NCBI RefSeq assembly: GCF_000186885.1 | Contig: NC_014972.1 | Location: 3,180,001-3,212,000 of the forward strand | Direction: 5' to 3' | DNA from: Desulfobulbus propionicus DSM 2032 | GTDB lineage: Bacteria > Desulfobacterota > Desulfobulbia > Desulfobulbales > Desulfobulbaceae | DNA: 32,000 nt | Shown: in pieces, positions 27,704 through 32,000 of the stretch | Layout: the number at the start of each line of letters is the position of its first letter | How positions within the stretch are numbered: the first letter of the stretch is position 1 | Notes under the pieces: generated by a model | What the model was told of the DNA's origin: nothing | The model's input: only the letters and a program-made list of their open reading frames with translations | Database searches by the model: none | Position numbers and translations under genes: made by a program

Positions 27704-29488
27704 ATGGAATCAATGGGAGCGCTCCGGCGCACACATACCTGCAACGAACTGGGTCTCGATTTTCTTGACCAGGAAACCACCCTCATGGGTTGGGTTCTGC
27801 GCCGCCGCGACCATGGCGGGGTCATCTTTATCGATCTGCGCGACCGCTGGGGCATCACCCAGGTGGTGTTCAACCCGGAGATCAACCCGGCAGTCCATGC
27901 CAAGGCCCATCAGCTGCGCAGCGAGTGGGTCATCGCCGTCCGCGGCCGAGTGGCCAAGCGGCCGGAGTCCATGGAAAACCCCAAACTCGCCACCGGTGCC
28001 ATCGAGATTCTGGTGGATGAACTGCGCATTCTCAACACCAGCGAAACCCCACCCTTCCCCCTGGACGAAGATGTCGAGGTCTCGGACACCCTGCGCCTCC
28101 AGTACCGTTACCTTGATCTGCGCCGCCCTGAGATTGCCAAGAATCTCATCCTCCGTCACCAGGCCCTACAGACGGTGCGCACCTATCTCAACGACAACCA
28201 GTTCCTGGAAATCGAAACCCCGATGCTCACCCGCTCCACCCCCGAAGGGGCCAGGGACTATCTGGTGCCGAGCCGGGTCCATGCTGGCAAGTTTTTTGCC
28301 TTGCCGCAGTCCCCGCAGCTGTTCAAGCAGATCTTGATGGTCGCGGGCATGGACCGCTACTATCAGATCGTCAAATGTTTCCGCGACGAGGACCTGCGCG
28401 CCGACCGGCAGCCCGAGTTCACCCAGATCGATATGGAGTTGAGCTTCATCACCGAAGAGGAGATCATCACCATTGTCGAGGGCATGATCAAGGCCCTGTT
28501 CAAGGAGATCCGCGATCTTGACCTGCAGCCGCCCTTCAACCGCATGACCTACGACGAGGCCATGCGCCGCTTCGGCACCGACCGGCCCGACACCCGTTTT
28601 GGTCTGGAACTGGTCGACCTCACCGAGACCCTGCGCGGCTGCGGCTTCAAGGTGTTCAACACGGTGATCGACAAGGGCGGGATGGTCAAGGCGATCAACG
28701 CCAAGGGCTGCGGCGCTTTCTCCCGCAAGGATCTGGACGATCTCACCGAATATGCCGGCCGTTTCGGTGCCCGCGGCATGGCCTGGATCAAAGTCAAGGA
28801 AGACGAATGGCAGTCACCGATCACCAAATTCTTCACCGAGGACGAGATCAAGGCCATGGCCCAGGCCTTGGATGCCCAACCCGGCGACCTGATCCTCTTC
28901 GGTGCCGACACAGCCAAGACCGTGCACCAAGTCCTCTCCGAACTGCGGCTTGAGTTGGCCCGGCGACTCGGCCTGATCCAGGGCGACAGCTTCAACTTTC
29001 TCTGGGTCACTGATTTTCCCCTCCTTGAGTACGACGAGGAACAAAAACGCTACACCGCCGTGCACCACCCGTTCACCGCGCCCAACGAAGCACAGTTGGA
29101 GCTGCTGGAAACCGATCCCGGCGCGGTCAAGAGCCGAGCCTATGACCTGGTACTCAACGGCAACGAGATCGGCGGCGGCTCGATCCGCATCCACAGCCCC
29201 CTGATGCAGAAGAAGGTGTTCAAGGCCCTGGGCATCGAGACCGAGGAGGCCCAGGAAAAATTCGGCTTCCTTCTGCGCGCCCTGGAACTCGGCGCCCCGC
29301 CTCACGGCGGCATCGCCTTTGGCGTCGACCGGCTGATGATGCTGCTCACCGGTTCCACCTCCATCCGGGACGTCATCGCCTTCCCCAAAACGCAGAAAGC
29401 CACCTGCCCGCTCACCGAAGCACCTTCGTCGGTGGCGCGCAAGCAGTTGACCGAACTGCACCTGCAACCGGACTGGAAGGAAAAATAA
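27704..29488 (+). CDS. aspS: Aspartyl-tRNA synthetase (bacterial type with GAD insertion)
   Basis: Start at ATG 27704 (GGAG 7 nt upstream). Motifs MGWVLRRRDHGGVIFIDLRD (OB fold), FRDEDLRADRQPEFTQ, GGGSIRIH and GIAFGVDRL. 594 aa. Confidence 0.95.
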   Translation: MESMGALRRTHTCNELGLDFLDQETTLMGWVLRRRDHGGVIFIDLRDRWGITQVVFNPEINPAVHAKAHQLRSEWVIAVRGRVAKRPESMENPKLATGAIEILVDELRILNTSETPPFPLDEDVEVSDTLRLQYRYLDLRRPEIAKNLILRHQALQTVRTYLNDNQFLEIETPMLTRSTPEGARDYLVPSRVHAGKFFALPQSPQLFKQILMVAGMDRYYQIVKCFRDEDLRADRQPEFTQIDMELSFITEEEIITIVEGMIKALFKEIRDLDLQPPFNRMTYDEAMRRFGTDRPDTRFGLELVDLTETLRGCGFKVFNTVIDKGGMVKAINAKGCGAFSRKDLDDLTEYAGRFGARGMAWIKVKEDEWQSPITKFFTEDEIKAMAQALDAQPGDLILFGADTAKTVHQVLSELRLELARRLGLIQGDSFNFLWVTDFPLLEYDEEQKRYTAVHHPFTAPNEAQLELLETDPGAVKSRAYDLVLNGNEIGGGSIRIHSPLMQKKVFKALGIETEEAQEKFGFLLRALELGAPPHGGIAFGVDRLMMLLTGSTSIRDVIAFPKTQKATCPLTEAPSSVARKQLTELHLQPDWKEK

Positions 29489-29503
29489 CCCTTCATTGCT
29501 GAT

Positions 29504-29546
29504 CACCACGCCGGAGCAGACCCTGCATCCCAATTCCGGCGTGGTG
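29504..29546. terminator. Putative bidirectional terminator hairpin between convergent aspS and bpt
   Basis: CACCACGCCGGA (29504-29515) pairs with TCCGGCGTGGTG (29535-29546): a 12-bp stem with a 19-nt loop. There is no clean U-run on either side. Confidence 0.4.
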
Positions 29547-29593
29547 CCTTTCCTCCCATACCCTGCCCCCGCCGTGCGGAGCACAGCCGTTCC

Positions 29594-30331
29594 TCAACCC
29601 TGCTCCCGCCACCTGCCGTCGATCAACAGTTCATGGGGCCGAAAGGCCTGCTTGTAGCCCATGCCGGCGTGGCCGTCGATCCAGTAGCCAAGATACAAAT
29701 AATCAATGCCGCGGGTGGCGCAGATGTGATTGAGGGTCAGGATGTTCAAGGTGCCTGGGCTGCGCCATCCTTGCTGCGGATCGAAATAGAAATAAACCGC
29801 GTTGAGCCAGGCGGGCGCCGCATCGACCACCGCCACCCCCAGCAGTTGTGTACCCACTCGGTAGCGGATCTCGAAACAGCGGCTGATGGTAGTGATAAAA
29901 AAGCCGGTATAATAGCTGTCGGCGCTGCTCCGCCCTTCGGGAAAGCGGGTAGAGAGAAAGCGCTGCAACAGCGCCAGGTTTTCCTTGGACATGGTCAGGG
30001 GGGCGATCTCCACCGCCACATCCTGATTCTTTTTCCACACCCGCCGCTGGTTGCGGTTGGGACAAAGCCGGTCCGGACGGATGCGAATGGGCACACACTG
30101 CCTGCATTCCGGACAGTGCATGTTGTACATGCAGTTGCCGTTGCGGCGGTACCCGTAGGCCAAAAAATCGCCCATGGTGGCATCGTCGATCGGGGCAAGG
30201 ATCGCCTGGTGGTACACCGCCTTGGTGCCCATGCCATACGGGCAGTCGGCGGCGGTGTGGATGAAGAATTGCCGCAACTCTCTGGCAAGGCTCGGCGGGA
30301 TATCGTCCTGCCTATCGTTTCGACCGGTCAT
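29594..30331 (-). CDS. bpt: Bpt, Asp/Glu leucyltransferase (arginyl-tRNA-protein-transferase family, N-degron pathway)
   Basis: 245 aa. ATE_N Cys motif (CPYGMG...CPECRQCVPIR) and ATE_C (YFYFDP...SPGTLNIL...YLYLGYWI). Confidence 0.9.
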   Translation of the reverse strand: MTGRNDRQDDIPPSLARELRQFFIHTAADCPYGMGTKAVYHQAILAPIDDATMGDFLAYGYRRNGNCMYNMHCPECRQCVPIRIRPDRLCPNRNQRRVWKKNQDVAVEIAPLTMSKENLALLQRFLSTRFPEGRSSADSYYTGFFITTISRCFEIRYRVGTQLLGVAVVDAAPAWLNAVYFYFDPQQGWRSPGTLNILTLNHICATRGIDYLYLGYWIDGHAGMGYKQAFRPHELLIDGRWREQG

Positions 30332-30346
30332 TCTGGATTCCTCTCC

Positions 30347-31696
30347 TCACACCAGTCCCTGATCAAGCATGGCATCGGCCACCTTGACAAAACCGGCAAT
30401 ATTCGCGCCGGCCAGATAGTCTCCTTCCAGGCCATAGGCCGCGGCCGCCTCCAGGCAGGTTCGATGAATGGTGTGCATGATGGCCCGCAGCCGGCCCTCC
30501 ACCTCTTCCCGCGACCAGCTGATGCGCATCGCATCCTGGGCCATCTCCAGGCCGGACACCGCCACACCGCCGGCATTGGCCGCCTTGGCCGGACCAAAGA
30601 GGATGCCCTGGTCGCGAAAAAAGGCGATGGCCTCAGGTGTTGAAGGCATGTTCGCCCCTTCGCAGACCAACCGCACACCAGCGGCGGCCAGATGTTGGGC
30701 ATCGGCAAGATTGAGCTCGTTCTGGGTTGCCGCCGGCAAAGCGCAATCAGCCGGGTACCGCCACAACGGGTTCCAACCCAGGGTTGGGTTCGCCGCCACG
30801 TAAAGGGCATGCGGATAGCGCTCGCTGTACTCCCCAATACGCCCCCGGTGGATGTTCTTCAGCGTCTTGATGAACTCCAGCTTGCTCGCATCGATGCCCT
30901 CTTCATCGTAGATATGGCCAGAGGAATCGGACAGGCTCAGCACCGTGCCCCCCATTTGCACAATTTTCTCGGCAACGAACTGGGCCACGTTGCCCGAGCC
31001 CGACACCAGGCACCGCTTGCCGGCCAAGGTCTCGCCCCGGTGGGCGAGCATGGCTGCGGTGAAATAGACCACCCCGTAGCCCGTGGCCTCGGGCCGGATC
31101 AGGCTGCCGCCCCATGCCAGCCCCTTGCCGGTCAGCACCCCGGTGAACTTGTTTTGCAATTTTTTATACATGCCGAACAGGTAGCCGATCTCTCGGGCCC
31201 CAACGCCGATATCGCCCGCCGGCACGTCGGTATCCTCGCCGATGTGGCGGAACAGTTCGGCCATGAAGGCCTGGCAGAAGCGCATGATCTCGGCATCGGA
31301 GCGCCCTTTGGGATCAAAATCAGCGCCCCCCTTGGCCCCGCCCATGGCCAGGGTGGTGAGGCTGTTCTTGAACACCTGTTCAAAGGCGAGAAATTTGATG
31401 ATCGACAGGTTGACCGAGGGGTGAAAGCGTAGGCCGCCCTTGTAAGGACCGATGGCCGAGTTCATTTCCACCCGGTAGCCACGGTTGACGTGAATCGCCC
31501 CTTGATCGTCCATCCAGGGCACGCGGAACATGATCATCCGCTCCGGCTCAACCAGCCGTTCCACCACGGCGTGCCGCCGGTACTCGGGATGACGATCAAG
31601 CACCGGCCTGATCGTCGCCAGCAATTCGCCGACCGCCTGGTGGAACTCCCGTTGTTCGGGATCGCGCCGCAGGATGGTGGCCAACACCTCGTCCAC
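30347..31696 (-). CDS. gdhA: NADP-specific glutamate dehydrogenase domain. The upstream reading frame is open, so the start is unresolved; GTG 31696 would give 449 aa.
   Basis: Near-complete by-eye alignment to E. coli GdhA: RDPEQREFHQAV, GPYKGGLRFHPSVNLSIIKFLAFEQVFKNSLT, GGAKGGADFDPKG, GSGNVAQ and GPAKAANAGGVAVSGLEMAQ. Confidence 0.9.
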   Translation of the reverse strand: MDEVLATILRRDPEQREFHQAVGELLATIRPVLDRHPEYRRHAVVERLVEPERMIMFRVPWMDDQGAIHVNRGYRVEMNSAIGPYKGGLRFHPSVNLSIIKFLAFEQVFKNSLTTLAMGGAKGGADFDPKGRSDAEIMRFCQAFMAELFRHIGEDTDVPAGDIGVGAREIGYLFGMYKKLQNKFTGVLTGKGLAWGGSLIRPEATGYGVVYFTAAMLAHRGETLAGKRCLVSGSGNVAQFVAEKIVQMGGTVLSLSDSSGHIYDEEGIDASKLEFIKTLKNIHRGRIGEYSERYPHALYVAANPTLGWNPLWRYPADCALPAATQNELNLADAQHLAAAGVRLVCEGANMPSTPEAIAFFRDQGILFGPAKAANAGGVAVSGLEMAQDAMRISWSREEVEGRLRAIMHTIHRTCLEAAAAYGLEGDYLAGANIAGFVKVADAMLDQGLV

Positions 31697-31753
31697 AGCT
31701 GGTTTCTGTTTCGCTTCCGCGGATCCGCGACCAATGGAGCTATCGGCGGTGCC

Positions 31754-32000
31754 AAGATCCCGGGGCGTGTTGACATTGCGCCACGAGGGACGCAGATGCT
31801 CCGGTGGCCGGGGGGTTGCTACGCCGGGCGCCGAGCGCAGTTGATTGATCCGTCGCTGGTTGCTTGCGGCCATCGCTTCCAGCAGCGGCCGGCAGGACTG
31901 GTCATAATAGGCCAAGAGCGGTTCGACCCGGCCATTCCCCGCCAGGTCCGGCATGACCGCGACCACCCCCGGCTGCCGGCAGTCGAGCAACCACTGCAGG
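31754..32000 (-). CDS. C-terminal part of a MobA-like molybdenum-cofactor nucleotidyltransferase (5' end outside the window), in frame with gdhA
   Basis: ...VVAVMPDLAGNGRVEPLLAYYDQSCRPLLEAMAASNQRRINQL...WRNVNTPRDL parallels the E. coli MobA C-terminus (...HPTIALVNRAIEPLLLEYL...FVNVNTPEEL). The frame is open to the window edge. Confidence 0.6.

Overview
High-GC (by eye about 60%) chromosomal segment from a diderm bacterium. Gene content hints at a deltaproteobacterium/Desulfobacterota-like organism, but only weakly. The window is mostly tightly packed housekeeping genes. On the minus strand: an ABC-F ATPase, two radical-SAM enzymes translationally coupled to a trkA-trkH K+ uptake operon (trkH frameshifted), an EamA/DUF2905/Cys-rich/RluA operon, pcnB plus an EEP hydrolase, an NMO/FabK-like flavoenzyme, bpt, and gdhA. 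On the plus strand: a NUDIX hydrolase, mdh, a LysM membrane protein, a large secreted orphan protein followed by holA, clpS-clpA, a DUF3373-like outer-membrane barrel, pgeF/yfiH, and hisS-aspS. The only mobile element is a complete IS200-type element (tnpA only) between the EamA operon and the orphan protein. I found no CRISPR array, tRNA, rRNA or recognisable defence island. Five items deserve a second look. (1) An 821-aa secreted protein with six 32-residue repeats and a candidate Cys-nucleophile domain, just upstream of holA. (2) A Cys-rich protein translationally coupled to RluA. (3) A MobA-like reading frame that runs without a stop codon into gdhA, across a perfect CGCGGATCCGCG palindrome. 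(4) A homopolymer frameshift in trkH. (5) A radical-SAM pair, one with CX4CX2C spacing, coupled to the trk genes. All functional calls rest on my recognition of motifs in the supplied translations. No database search was run.
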